From: Callorhinchus milii
Lineage: Eukaryota
Length of the DNA stretch: 64,000 nt
Assembly: GCF_018977255.1 (NCBI RefSeq)
Contig: NW_024704742.1
Location: 113,028,001-113,092,000 of the forward strand
Reading direction: 5' to 3'
Below, in pieces: positions 12,453-24,299 of this stretch (within the stretch, counting starts at the first letter, position 1; each line of letters starts with the position of its first letter). A model generated the notes under the pieces. That model was not told the origin of the DNA and searched no databases. It saw only the letters and a program-made list of their open reading frames with translations. A program made the translations under genes and the position numbers.

Positions 12453-13769
12453 AAGAATAAGAACTCTAGCCACTGATAAGATAAGAAGGGATCAATCACA
12501 CAAATTGGTATACTCTACAGACCACCTAACAGTGGAAGGGAGGTAGAGGAAGAAATATGTAAGCAAATTAGAGAAATGAGTAAAAGACATAGAATAATAA
12601 TCATGGGGGATTTCAACTACCCCCAAATAAATCGACTAGAAGAGGGAGGTAATGGGAATAAGGGAATGGAATTCCTTCAATGTGTGCAGGACTCCTTTCG
12701 TACCCAGTATGTAAGAGGCCCAACAAGGGAGGAATCCCAGAGCAGGTAAGGGACGTACGAGTAGGGGAACATCTAGGCAATAGCGATCATAACCTAATAA
12801 GGTTTAAGATAATGATTGAGAAGGACGTGATTTTGACAAAGACCAGGGTAATAGATTGGAAATAAGCTAATTCTGAGGGCATGAGAATGGAACTTGGGAA
12901 AATAAACTGGAAAACAATATTGGCAAACAAAGAGATAGAGCAGCAGTGGGAAACATTTAAAACCATGATCAATAGAGTCCAGGAGAAATATATTCCACAG
13001 AGGACTGGAGGATAGCTAATGTTACACCTATATTTAAAAAGGGAGATAGAACAAGCTCAGGGAACTATAGACCTGTCAGCTTAACATCAGTCGTAGGAAA
13101 GATAATGGTATCCTTACTGAAGGAAGTAATAGAAAAACATCTTGAAATCGAAAACACAATAAAGAATAATCAGCATGGATTTCAAAAAGAAAGGTCATGC
13201 TTGACCAACCTCATTGAATTCTTTGAAGGGGTAACAGAAAGAGTAGACAAAGATAATGCGGTAGAAGTAATATATTTAGATTTCCAAAAGGCGTTCGATA
13301 GATAATAGACTAATGAATAAGGTCAGAGCATGTGGAGTCAGAGGGAAAATAGCAGAATGGATAGCAAGCTGGCTACAAAATAGAAAACAGAGAGTAGGGG
13401 TAAAGGGTAGCTACTCAGACTGGCAGGGGGTGGGCAGTGGTGTTCCACAAGGATCCGAATTGTGACTACTGTTGTTCACAATATACATTAATGATTTGGA
13501 TTCGGGAATCAGCAGTACAATTTCAATATTTGCGGACAGCACAAAATTGGGGAGAGTAGTTAATACAGAGCAGGACTGCAACAAATTACAGCAAGACATT
13601 AATAAACTTGCTGTGGGCATTTAAATGGCAAATGCATTTCAATGTAGAAAAGTGTGAGGTGGTACATTTTGGTAGAAGGAATAAGGAAGTCAAATACATC
13701 CTGGAAAATAAAAACCTAAATGGTGTAAAAGAGCAAAGAGATCTAGGGCTACGCATACACAATTCACTA

Positions 13770-15092
13770 CAACAACAACAACAACTTGGATTTATATAAC
13801 GCCTTCTACTCCGGACGGGTCTCAGAGCGCTTCACAGTAACGGATCCCGTGGCCGAGCCAGGGGGAGGGGGAGGAAGGTGACCAAAGGCGCGGTCGAAAA
13901 GAAAGGATTTTAGCCGAGACCTGAAAATAGGCAGCGGGGGGACGAGGTGAAGGGAGAGAGGAAGGGAGTTCCCAGAGCCTTGGGGTGTAGTGGCTGAAGG
14001 CACGGCTGCCGAAGGTGGAGCGGAGGATTCGGGGGACAAGGAAGAGGCCAGACCCAGTGGAACGAAGGCAACGGGCACTGTTTTGAGGAGAGAGGAGGTC
14101 AGAGAGGTAGGGGCTGCAGAGGAGTGGAGGGATTTGAAGACAAGAATGAGGATCTTGAAATCGATCCTCTCTGGGACAGGCACCCAGTGCAGTCTGGCAA
14201 GGACCGTGGTAATCGGAGAGCGGAGTTTGGTATGGATAAGAATGCTGGCGGCAGAATTCTGGATGACCTGGATTTTATGGATGGTAGTGCAGGGGAGGCC
14301 GGCGAGGAGGGCATTTGAATAGTTTAGCCGAGAGGTGACAAAGGCATTGACCAGGATTTCAGCGTCTTTTGGAGTGAGATATTGGCGGAGACGGAAGATG
14401 AGTTGTAGGTGGCAAAAAGCAGTGCTGGTGAGGGACCAGATGTGGGAGAGGAAGGATAATTGGGGGTTAAACCTGACGCCTAGGTTGCGTATGGATTCAG
14501 AGAGTATTAGGGGGAGGTCGGGTGGGTGGAAGAGGTGAGAACAGTGCGATTTAAGACGTTGATGAGAGTATGGCTTCTGTCTTGTCAACATTTAGCTGAA
14601 GGAAATTTGTCCTCATCCAGCTCCTGAGGTCTGACAGGCAGGCTGACAGAACATCAGGGGACTGGGAGTCGTAAAGTGAGGTGGACAAATAGAGTTGGGT
14701 GTCGTCCGCATACATGTGGAAGTCTACCCCATGTCTGCGGATGACATCTCCTAGAGGAAGCATATAGATTAGGAAGAGGAGGGGGCCAAGGATGGATTCT
14801 TGGGGTACCCTGCAGATAACCGGGTGACAGTGGGAGGAAAAGCCGTTTGTGGAGATGTACTGCTAGCGGTTCATGAGCTAGGACTTGAACCAGGCGAGTG
14901 CAGTCCCACTGAGGTGGATGACGGAGGAAAGGTGGTGGTGGAGGATGGCGTGATTGACTGTGTCGAAAGCAGCAGAGAGGTCCAGGAGGACAAGGAGGCA
15001 GAGGGAGCCCTGGTCACAAATAGAGAGGATGTCTGTTTGAGACTTTCGCAACGCAGTCTCTGTACGATGGGCAGGGCGGAAGTCGGACTACT
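13770..15092 (-). mobile_element. L2 LINE RT and 3' end nested in CR1
   Basis: GYPKNPSL(fs)[22 protein letters not shown] and HWVPVPERIDFK; (TTG)n tail; 5-bp direct repeat cacta at 13765-13769 and 15097-15101. Confidence 0.93.
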
Positions 15093-16411
15093 TTGACACT
15101 AAAAGTAGCAACACATGTTAATAACAACAATAACAAGATTACATTTGTATAGCGCCTTTCACATCGGGAGGATGTCCCAAGGCCCTGGACAGAGTATAGC
15201 ATTTCAGGCCATAAAGCCATAAAAAAAGCAAACCAGGTTCATTTCTAGAGGGATACAAATGAAAAGCAGGGAAGTTATGGTAAACTTCTATAGAACCTCG
15301 GTTAGACCACACTTAGAATACTGTGTGCAGCTCTGGTCCCCACATTATGGAAGGGATGTAAAGGCACTGGAGAAGGTTGAATTTAAAAGGATGATCCCAG
15401 AACTGAGAGTTTATAGCTATCAGGAAAGGAACATACTTGGACTCTTTTCTTTTGAAAAGAGGAGGGTAAGGGGTGACCTGACAGATGTCTTTAAAATGAT
15501 GAAAGGTTTTGATAAGGTGGTCATAGGGAAGATGTTTCCACTTGTGGGGGAGACCAAAACCAGGGGCCATCAATATAAAATAGTCACAAATAGATCAAAT
15601 AAGGAAGTTAGAAGAAATGTCTTCACACAGAGAGGAGTGGGAATGTGGAACCACTACCACAAGGAGTTGTTGAGGCAAATAACATTGATGTATTTTGGGA
15701 AAGCTAGATAGGTACATGAGGGAGAAAGGAATAGAAAGTTACGCTTGAAGGTTTAGTTGAGGAAGGATAGGAGGAGGCTCACGTGGAGCATAAACACCGG
15801 CATAGACCAGTTGGACTGAATGTGCTGTGTATTCTAATGTAAGAAGATCCAAAAATTATTTTTACATTTGAAAAGCAAAGTACCTGAGATTGAGAGCTGT
15901 CAACTTAATTGAAATATTATTGGCAAAAAATGTTAACACAATTTCCAAACTCATTCAGAAACATGTGGAAATGTCACAAGTGCATGAATGATTTATGATA
16001 TATTGTCACACAAAAAAATAGTTTCAATAAAATTAATAAAAAAGAACTACAAGACAAGACTGGTATAACACAGGAGAAAAGACTTTGTCTGCGGAATAAA
16101 GATTTCCTTTAATATGTTATCTGGATACGAGTTTATCCAATGGTTTGAGGGATTATCACATTGCTTTATTGAAATTATGTTCTGTTGTTATATTCTCAGA
16201 TTCTGTATCATCACACAGATTCAGTAACACATTGAATATGATTGTAAAATATTCCTTGCAATGATATGTATTGCTGTCCTTTTACACCCACAGTATATCC
16301 TGTGCAGTGCTTTATGGAGCCCTTCTGACGTGAAAGGCACTGTACCAAATGTAAGGATTATTACTATTTTTTATTATTAAATCACTTGTAAATCTAGGTT
16401 CACTGTCTCAC

Positions 16412-16560
16412 CATTTATGTTTAAATTTCCTGCAATTCCTAGCCAAGATTTGGCTCATCAGTTCATGTGGGAGTTCAACTCCTGTTGCAGAAGAATCTAT
16501 TCCACAGATGAATCTTTCACATCCATGTACTAATGGGTAGAACAACTGGAAGAGATTTGT
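16412..16560 (-). CDS. Candidate 149-nt minus-strand exon (TNLFQLFYPLVHGCERFICGIDSSATGVELPHELMSQILARNCRKFKHK)
   Basis: Acceptor ctttcacttacag, donor ATG|gtgaga, one open frame. No recognised homology and no phase-matched partner exon found. Confidence 0.25.
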
Positions 16561-16760
16561 CTGTAAGTGAAAGTTATTGCTATAATTATTGTTTTTCGTC
16601 CTGCAATTATTCATAGGTTGCCAGGAAAGGTGTTTGAGACCAGGATGGGGAACTCACTTAAAAGATACCTTAACGCTGTCCCGTTGGTTTGGGTGGATAT
16701 CTGAGATCAGATGTGCCAAAACAGCCTACTTCAACCATACTAATCTTGTGTGATGTTATC

Positions 16761-17122
16761 ATAATATTAATTCTTGCATTTGATATAGTACCTTATCACA
16801 TGTTCGAGACGTTTCAAAGCGCTTCACAGAATATAATGTAAAGTGAATTGACTATATATTCTGTAGGCAAAATGCAGCAGCCAATTGTGCACAGCAGTGT
16901 CCCACACACAGTCGTGAATTGAATGACCAATTTTTTTTTTTTTTTGAAGGATTTATTACCCCCGGAAAAGCAATCCACCAATCAACTAGCAACCGGGTTC
17001 CTACTTACCGATAGGTAAACAGGTGTGGAGTAAGGAAATTTGCTAAACGTTTCATCCTGCTGGGAATCGAACCCAAGTCTCTCGCTTGAGCGAAAAGTGC
17101 TCTAACCACTGAGCTGCAGGAC
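16761..17122 (-). mobile_element. tRNA-Ala-headed SINE (long form)
   Basis: A/B boxes, the extra internal segment ctgtttaccta...gtaggaacccgg, and an L2-type tail. Confidence 0.88.
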
Positions 17123-17464
17123 TGCTGCAGCTCAACATGGGCTTCTATCTGCAATAATAATAATCCTTCAAGTTGATATAATTCTTTTTACATTGGGAGG
17201 ACATTTCAATGAGGGAACCAATTATATAGTTTGGTGGCACTGTAGTTGATGCATTACTGAATCAAGAGAGTGTCCCTGTGAAGGGCACACAGGTACTAAA
17301 CCTTTAGCTCAGTAGTAGCATTCTCACCCCTGAGTCAGAAGGTTGTGGGCTCAAATACCACATCGGGACTTGAACTCATAGTCTAATGCAGTGCTTGGGG
17401 TGTGTTGCATTATCAAGGTGCTGTCTTTCAGATGAGATGTTAAACTCATGGAGTCCTGTAGCTC

Positions 17465-17774
17465 GTGGAGTCCTGTAGCTCAGTGGTTAGAGCACTCGCT
17501 TTGCAAGCGAGAGACCTGAGTTCAATTCCAGGCAGGGCGAAACCTTGGGCAAGTTTCCTTACTCCACACGCCTAATAATAATCCCTCCAAAACAAAACAA
17601 TAATAAATTGGTCATTTTCAATCTACGACTGTTTGTGGGACATTGCTGTGCGCAATTGGCTGCCGCGTTCGCCCACAAATATACAGTCAATTCACTTTAC
17701 AGTATATTCTGTGAAGCGCTTTGGGACGTCCTCCCGACGTGAAAAGCGCTATATCAAATGCAAGGATTATTATT
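17465..17774 (+). mobile_element. Full-length young tRNA-Ala(TGC)-derived SINE (short form), C. milii SINE2-like
   Basis: A box TAGCTCAGTGG, B box GAGTTCAATTCC, anticodon arm ctcgc-ttTGCaa-gcgag, stem-loop tail and (TTA)n; ttaaact repeated on both sides. Confidence 0.93.
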
Positions 17775-17966
17775 AAACTGAGGTTCTGTCTGTTCTGGTG
17801 GGGGTTAAAGATCCCATGGCAAAATTCAAAAAGAGAAGGGAGTTATACCCACTGTCATGGCCATCAAGCCTCCAAATAAAATTGGTCACTCATTTCCTAA
17901 CTGTTTGAAGGACATTGCTGTGCACAATTGTGCTGCTGTCACCCCATTTCATAGTAAATTTTGTGA

Positions 17967-18240
17967 AACATAGGAACATAGAGACAGGAGTAAGCCATTC
18001 AGCCCCTCGAGCCTGTTCTGCCATTCTATAAGATCATGGCTGATCTGCATCTCAAGCCCAATTACACACCTATGCCCTGCATCCCCTAATACCCTGACCT
18101 AACAAATGTCGATCCACTTCAGTCTTGAAAATGTGAATGGATCCAGCTTCCACAGCCTTTTGGGGGAGAGGGTTCCAGATTTCCACTACACTTTCGGTGA
18201 AAAACTGCCTCCTAATTTCACTCCTAAATGGCCTCAGCTA
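17967..18240 (-). mobile_element. CR1 LINE 3' terminus
   Basis: aacataggaacatagagacaggagtaagccattcagcccctcgagcctgttctgccattc is the reverse of a CR1 3' tail. Confidence 0.8.
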
Positions 18241-18511
18241 AAACACTTTGAGACGTCCTTCCAATATAATAAGACAAAATGCAAAGATTATTATTTATAA
18301 TAGTATTCTTTCCAAAGCTCTTCAGACAATCAATTACAGATTATGTGAATAAACAAAATGCAATTTTTTTTGTGAAATCTGGCAATTAGAATTTCATTAT
18401 TAATCCATTTGTAAATGTATATGTTACAGTTGTTTGCACAGATCTATATTTTTAAATTTGATGTTGGTCAACAACAATTTGCATTTATACATCGCCTTAC
18501 ACACAAGGTAG

Positions 18512-19340
18512 TGGGATGTGACAAGTGGTGTCCCCCAGGGGTCTGTACAGGGTTCGAAACCTCAGCTATTCACTATATATATATATAAATTATTTCGATA
18601 AAGGATTAGAAAGCTTTATATCCAAGTTTGCAGACGACACTAAGCTAGGAAGCTCACTAAATTGTCTAGGTGGGAGCAGGAAGTTACAAAGGGACTTAGA
18701 CAGATTAAATGAGTGGGCAAAATGAGTGGCAGATGGAGTTCAATGTAGGGAAATGTGAGGTCATCCACTATGGACTGAAAAAAGGTAAAACAAAATATTT
18801 TCTTAATGGGGAGAGACTAAGAACTGTGGAGGAACAAAGAGATTTGAGTGGCCATATCCACAAATCACTAAAAACTAGTTCCCAGGGGCAAAAAGTAATC
18901 AAAAAGGCGAATGGAATTTTGGCCTTTATCTCAAGTGGCCTGGAATACAAAAGGGAAGAAAATGATGCTTCAGCTGTATAGAGCACTAGTCAGACTCCAT
19001 CTGGAGTACTACATTCAGCTTTGGGCTCCACACCTCAGGAAAGATATATTGACCCTGGAGGGGGTGCAGCGCAGGTTCACCAGAATGTTACCAAGCCTAA
19101 AAGGTTAAGTTACAAAGAAAGACTATGTAAACTTAAATTATATTCCCTTAAGTTTGGAAGGTTGAGGGATGATTTGATTGAGGTATTTAAGATGATAAAG
19201 GGATTCAATAGGGTAGATGCAGAGAAGCTATTTCCTCTGGTGGGGGAATCCAAAACAAGAGGGCATAGTTTTAAAATTAGAACCAGGCCACTTAAGAGTG
19301 AAATCAGGAAGCAATTTTTCACTCAAATGGTGGTAGAAAT
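18512..19340 (+). mobile_element. CR1 LINE RT fragment
   Basis: SGVPQGS, KFADDTKLG, WQMEFNVGKCEVIH and LEYYIQLWAPHLRKD, with frameshifts. Confidence 0.92.
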
Positions 19341-19344
19341 CTTA

Positions 19345-20856
19345 CTTCTCAAATATCATACTGGAGGCCAACAATAACTCCAAAATCCTATTCTCCACTG
19401 CCCACCACCTCCTCCATGCCCCCCCTCAAGCACCCTCAATCATCACATCTAACATCAAGTACGAAGAAGGCATGGACTTCCTTAACTCTAAAATTGACAC
19501 CATCCATCTGGCACCTTCATCCTCCTGCCCCATGTCACCTACCACCACTGCATTCCGTCTCCCTCATCCACCCTGCCCTCAGCTCCTACCATTGACCCCA
19601 TCCTACATTCATTTGCCCTCATCTCTCCATCCTCTCTCTCATCCACCATCACCACAATGAAACCCACCACCTTTTCCACCTCCAGCTGCGACCCCTAGTC
19701 CCCTGATGTTCTGTCAGCTTGTCTGTTGGACATCAAGAGTTGGATGAGCTCAAATTTCCAGCAGTTAAACGTCAACAAAATGGAAGCCATACTCTTTGGC
19801 TCCTGCCAACGTCTTCTGTCCCACCGTTCCGACCTCCTCAACCTACCTGACCTGTCCTTAAAACTCTCTGAACCCATGTACAACTTAGGCATCAGGTTTG
19901 ATCCCCAGATATTCTTCCTCCCCCACAGCCGGTCCCTGACCAGCACCGTTTTCTTCCACATCCGCCACATTGCCCGACTTCAACAACAACAACAACAAGA
20001 TTCCATTTATAGAGCGCCTTTCACGTCGGGAGGACGTCCCAAGGCGTCTTCAACAATACCTCACACCAACAGCTGCCAAACCCTTGTCCATGCCTTTGTC
20101 ACCTCTCAGCTGGACTACTCTAACGCCCTCCTCGCCGGTCTCCCCTCCTCCACTATTCCCAAAATTCAGCTCATTCAAAACTCCGCCGCCCACATTCTCA
20201 TCCGCACCAAATTCCGTACCCCGATTACTCCAGTCCTTACCAAACTCCACTGGCTCCCTGTCACAGAGCGGAGCGACTTCAAGATCCTCACTCTAGAAAA
20301 AAAAACAGTAACAAATTGGTCATTTTCAATCCACGACTGTTTGTGGGACATTGCTGTGCGCAATTGGCTGCTGCGTTTCGCCCACAAATATAAGGTCAAT
20401 TCACTTTACAGCATATTCTGTGAAGCGCTTTGAGACATCGAGAAGACGTGAAAAACGCTATATCAAATGCAAAGATTATTATATTATTATTATTATAGTG
20501 TTTAAATCCCGCCATTCCTTGCCCCCCACCCCATCTCTCTAACCTCCTCTCTCCCCACAGCAGTACCCGCTGCCTCCGCTCTGCTGGGTCTGGACTCCTC
20601 CTTGTCCCCCGAATCCTCCGCTCCACCATCGGTGGCCATGCCTTCAGCCACTATGCCCCAAAACTTTGAATCTCCCTACCTTAACCCCTTCACCTCGCTC
20701 CTTTATTTCCCCATCTTCAGGTCACACCTGAAGACCTTCCTCTTCGACCGCGTCTACGGTCGCCTTCCCTCTACCCCTGGCTCGGCCTCAGGCTCTGCCA
20801 TTGTTAAGCGCTCTGAGACACTGCCCGATGTGCGTTTAAATGCAAGTTGTTGTTGG
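19345..20856 (+). mobile_element. L2 LINE (internally deleted) with a nested L2 tail (19980-20048, minus) and SINE 3' half (20300-20497)
   Basis: ORF 19726..20433 DIKSWMSSNF...LDYSNALL...HWLPV is chimeric with the inserted tails; ends in gcaagttgttgttg. Confidence 0.9.
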
Positions 20857-21027
20857 TAATATAAAATTAGTGATAGAGAGCAAATTGAATATTTAAAAGA
20901 GAGACTCGTACAGTCCCTCTCTTGCATGCACAAATTAGATTTATGCAAATAAAAACTGCTCATTATAACTTGACTAAGCTTTATATTCTTTGATGCAATT
21001 TATGCATTTGCTATTTTACAGTATTAG

Positions 21028-21096
21028 TGCAAGGATGAAATTAATCACATGTTGTGGATTACAGCTGCTGGTGCACTCAGACTAAATAAAATTGAG
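21028..21096 (+). CDS. Candidate 69-nt exon, copy A (CKDEINHMLWITAAGALRLNKIE)
   Basis: tag| acceptor and GAG|gtactg donor; ungapped 60/69 match to 25752-25820, with only this plus-strand frame open in both copies. Confidence 0.35.
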
Positions 21097-21578
21097 GTAC
21101 TGTAAAATAACAGTGCGTGGCTTAAGTGGTATCACAGATAAATTCAAGTCTTGAAGTGTGACATTTTACAGTCTTTATTGTTTTCTGATGAACTTTGCAA
21201 TAACAGCAGACAAATATGGCTTCAAATTTATTATTATTACCTTTCTATGTTCTCCCTAAACAACTCACACTATTCATTAATGAAAGGCATCACAGTGATT
21301 GCCGTTGCTCTTTTCGGTGATATGATATGATCATCGTTGATAATTATCAATGATGCAATAATAATATCAACTAAAAGTGCTACTCAAACCTCTCTTTATT
21401 TATCGAGAGCTGCAGATATATATATTCCCCACTCTACTCATTAATTGTGGGATGATGAATGGACCTGAAACTAACCAAATTCTTTGATCACCACAATATT
21501 AAAAAAATCTTTTTGTAGCCATCAACAATTGTCTTTCAGCCCGGATTCATGTGTAACTCAGTCAGTGTTGGCCAGTAG

Positions 21579-21903
21579 CTGTAGCTCAGTGGTTAGAGCA
21601 CTCGCTTTGCAAGCGAGAGACCTGAGTTCAATTCCAGGCAGAGCGAAACCTTGGGCAAGTTTCCTTACTCCACACGCCTAATAATAATCCCTCCAAAACC
21701 CAAAACAATAATGAAAAAATTGGTCATTTTCAATCTACAACTGTTTGTGGGACATTGCTGTGCGCAATTGGCTGCCGCGTTTGCCCACAAATATACAGTC
21801 AATTCACTTTACAGTGTGCTCTCTGAAGCGCTTTGGGACATCCTCCCGACGTGAAAAGCGCTATATCAAATGCAAGGATTATTATTATTATTATTATTAT
21901 TAT
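21579..21903 (+). mobile_element. Young tRNA-Ala-headed SINE (short form)
   Basis: Nearly identical to 17465-17774. Confidence 0.92.
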
Positions 21904-22039
21904 ATTCCATTCGGCAGACAAAGAGGCTACTAAGGGAAGAAAGTAGCTATGATGTAGGTGCTTACAGGCCTTTGGCCAAACCATTGTGATGAAGTTTCAT
22001 TTCACCCACAGTCAATCCACTTTACAATATCATTGCCTT

Positions 22040-22330
22040 ACAAGAGGATCTGGGTTTGATTCCTGGGTAAGACAAAACATTGGGCAAGTTTCCTTACTGC
22101 ACGTGCTTCTGTTTACCTAGCAGTAAGGAAGAACTTGGTTGTTAGTTGATTGGTGGAATGCTTTTCCGGGAATAATAAGCCATTCAACAAAAGAAATATA
22201 AATAATAATTTGGTCACTCACTCTACAATTGTTCATGGGACTCTGCTGTGTGCAATTGGCTGCCACAATTTCCCCACAAAATATACAATCAATATATGCT
22301 TTACAGTATATTCTTTGAAGCACTTTGAGA
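22040..22330 (+). mobile_element. Older tRNA-headed SINE (long form), degraded
   Basis: B-box remnant, ttgggcaagtttccttact and the internal segment. Confidence 0.75.
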
Positions 22331-23054
22331 AGTCTATATCAAATACAAGCAATATTATCAATGATATATTCTGTGAAGTGTATTGAGACATCTGACAGGT
22401 ACGTAGATGGTGGCAATGCTCTCACGCATTTCGTTGCTGAGTTGTGTTGCCCATTGGGAAACTCACAGGGAGTTCCTAGTACCTACCATCCACCTAGTGA
22501 GGGCTCACACCTGTGCTTGTTAGATGTCAAATGACATCCGACAAGTGTGGTTAAAATTGTGAAGTTACAACTGCATAACATTAACGTTGGGATCTTGATA
22601 ATTGATACTTTCTGGCTGTGAGGAATTTATTTGCTGAGTTTGAGCACTGTGGAAGACTATTTGCATGTTTTGAATTTTATTGAATGTTGATTGAAGAATG
22701 AATGCCTCTATTGAAATCTGCAAATTATATCATGCTTGTGGTTTGTGTAGCTGGAGAGCTTCTCTTACTGTGAGTAAAATATTTTCCAGATCTGTTTGGA
22801 GTCGAGTAAATTTTGCTCTGTTATAGTTTGTGAGGAAATCATCCATTTGAACATTGAAGTCAGAAATATTATCTATCAGGAAGATTTTATGCATTGCTTT
22901 ACTGACATTCTGGTGTTAAGGAGAGATTTCAGATTTGCATCACGATGACTAGTTGGTGACAGTCAGAGTTGTTGCTATGGTAATTAAGCAAAAACACCTT
23001 TTCGGGAAGCCGAAAATGATTTTGCTCAAATTGACTCCTGCATCCACCTACACA

Positions 23055-23365
23055 TAATAATAATAATAATCCTTGCATTTGATATAGTGCCTTATCACAT
23101 TGTTGAGACAATTCAAAGCACTTCACAGGATATATTGTGAAGTGGGTTAACTGTGTATTTTGTGTGTGAAACTTGGCAGCCAATTGTGCACAGCTGTGTC
23201 CCTCAAACAATTGTGGATTAAGTGATCACTTTTTTTGATTTTTGGAAGGAAAGTAATCTGCCAATCGACTAACAATCGAGTTCCTACTCACTGCTAGGTA
23301 AACAGATTCGTATGGAGTAAGGAAACTTGCAGAAGGTTTCACTCCACCCAGGAATCGAACCAGGG
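23055..23365 (-). mobile_element. tRNA-headed SINE (long form)
   Basis: Reverse-complement match to 54743-55130. Confidence 0.8.
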
Positions 23366-23609
23366 TATACACAGTTACTACATGTAACAGTAATTATTAT
23401 AAAGCAATTTGAGCTGTTTGACATTTTAGACACTATATTAAATACAAGGCATGCAACGAATCCTAATGATCAGCTAAGTCAACACAGATCAGTGAATAAT
23501 TCTTCTGGCTTCCATATCTGTATGGTTAAATCACACACTGAGCAGTGGCTTTAGCAAAATAGCAAAATCACCCTTAAATAGAGATGAGCTTCATGTTGTG
23601 ATGAATGAC

Positions 23610-24083
23610 TACAACAACTACAACAACAATAAATTGCACTTATATAGCACCCTCCACGCAGGGTAGCGTCTCACAGAGTTAATAGTGGTAGAGCCTGACT
23701 CTGAGCCGGGGAGTCAGGGGAGGTGGTCGTAAGCACGCTTGAACATGAAAGTCTTCAGGCAGGACTTGAAAGAGGAGAGAGGGGGGGGCAAGGCAGAGGT
23801 ATTGAGAGAGAGTGTTCCAGAGTTTTGGGGCCTAGTGGCTGAAAGTACGACCTCCCATGGTGGGGAGGAGGGTGCGAGGGGTGAGCAGGAGGCTGGTGCC
23901 AGTCGAACAGAGGTGCCAGATGGTGGACTGGGGAGTGAGGAGGTAGGAGAGGTAGGGAAGGTACCATGGAGTGAAGGGATTTGAACACGAGTGTGAGGAT
24001 TTTTACGTCGATCCATTCGGTGATGTGGAACCAGTGGAGCCTGACCAGAACTGTTGAGATATGGGTACGGAGTTTGGTCCAAA
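23610..24083 (-). mobile_element. L2 LINE 3' end
   Basis: FKSCLKTFMF-type C-terminus; tail gagacgctaccctgcgtggagggtgctatataagtgcaa...ttgttg. Confidence 0.88.
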
Positions 24084-24299
24084 CTTATTTTTTATTTGGT
24101 TCAAAGTTTGAAGTTTGACTAGTGCAGTTGTGGGTTTGCTGCTCATCCAGAAATGAAGTGAGAGTCATCAGAGTCTGGCCAGCTTCCTGCATGACTCTAT
24201 CTTCCCAAATAATATATTGTTGTGTTAGTTAAGAAAACATAACTTGTTCAGCAAGTTCATTTCCTGCATTCTGATACTCATGTATTCAGGCCAGAGAAC

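Larger units (their letters stand above)
11152..15840 (+). mobile_element. CR1 LINE, degraded but spanning ORF1 esterase, ORF2 endonuclease, RT and 3' UTR; contains nested SINE and L2 insertions
   Basis: ORF1 SGNH-like RVIISGLLP...WCGKEGFLFMGHW...GFHLNRKG (about 11460-11700). EN motifs GITETWL, MGDFNYP and GNSDHNLI. RT motifs QHGFQKERSCLTNL, YLDFQKAFD, GVPQGS and FADSTKLG. C-terminal LEYCVQLWSPHY. Confidence 0.93.
17303..18298 (+). mobile_element. Deu-domain SINE split by a young SINE (17449-17774) and a CR1 3' end (17967-18240)
   Basis: Head at 17303-17445, core resumes at 17775-17965, tail resumes at 18240-18298. Confidence 0.75.

Noticed and set aside
17465..17540. tRNA-Ala gene
   Set aside because: It runs directly into a SINE body and tail, occurs many times in the window, and has an imperfect T stem in the young copies; it is a SINE head.
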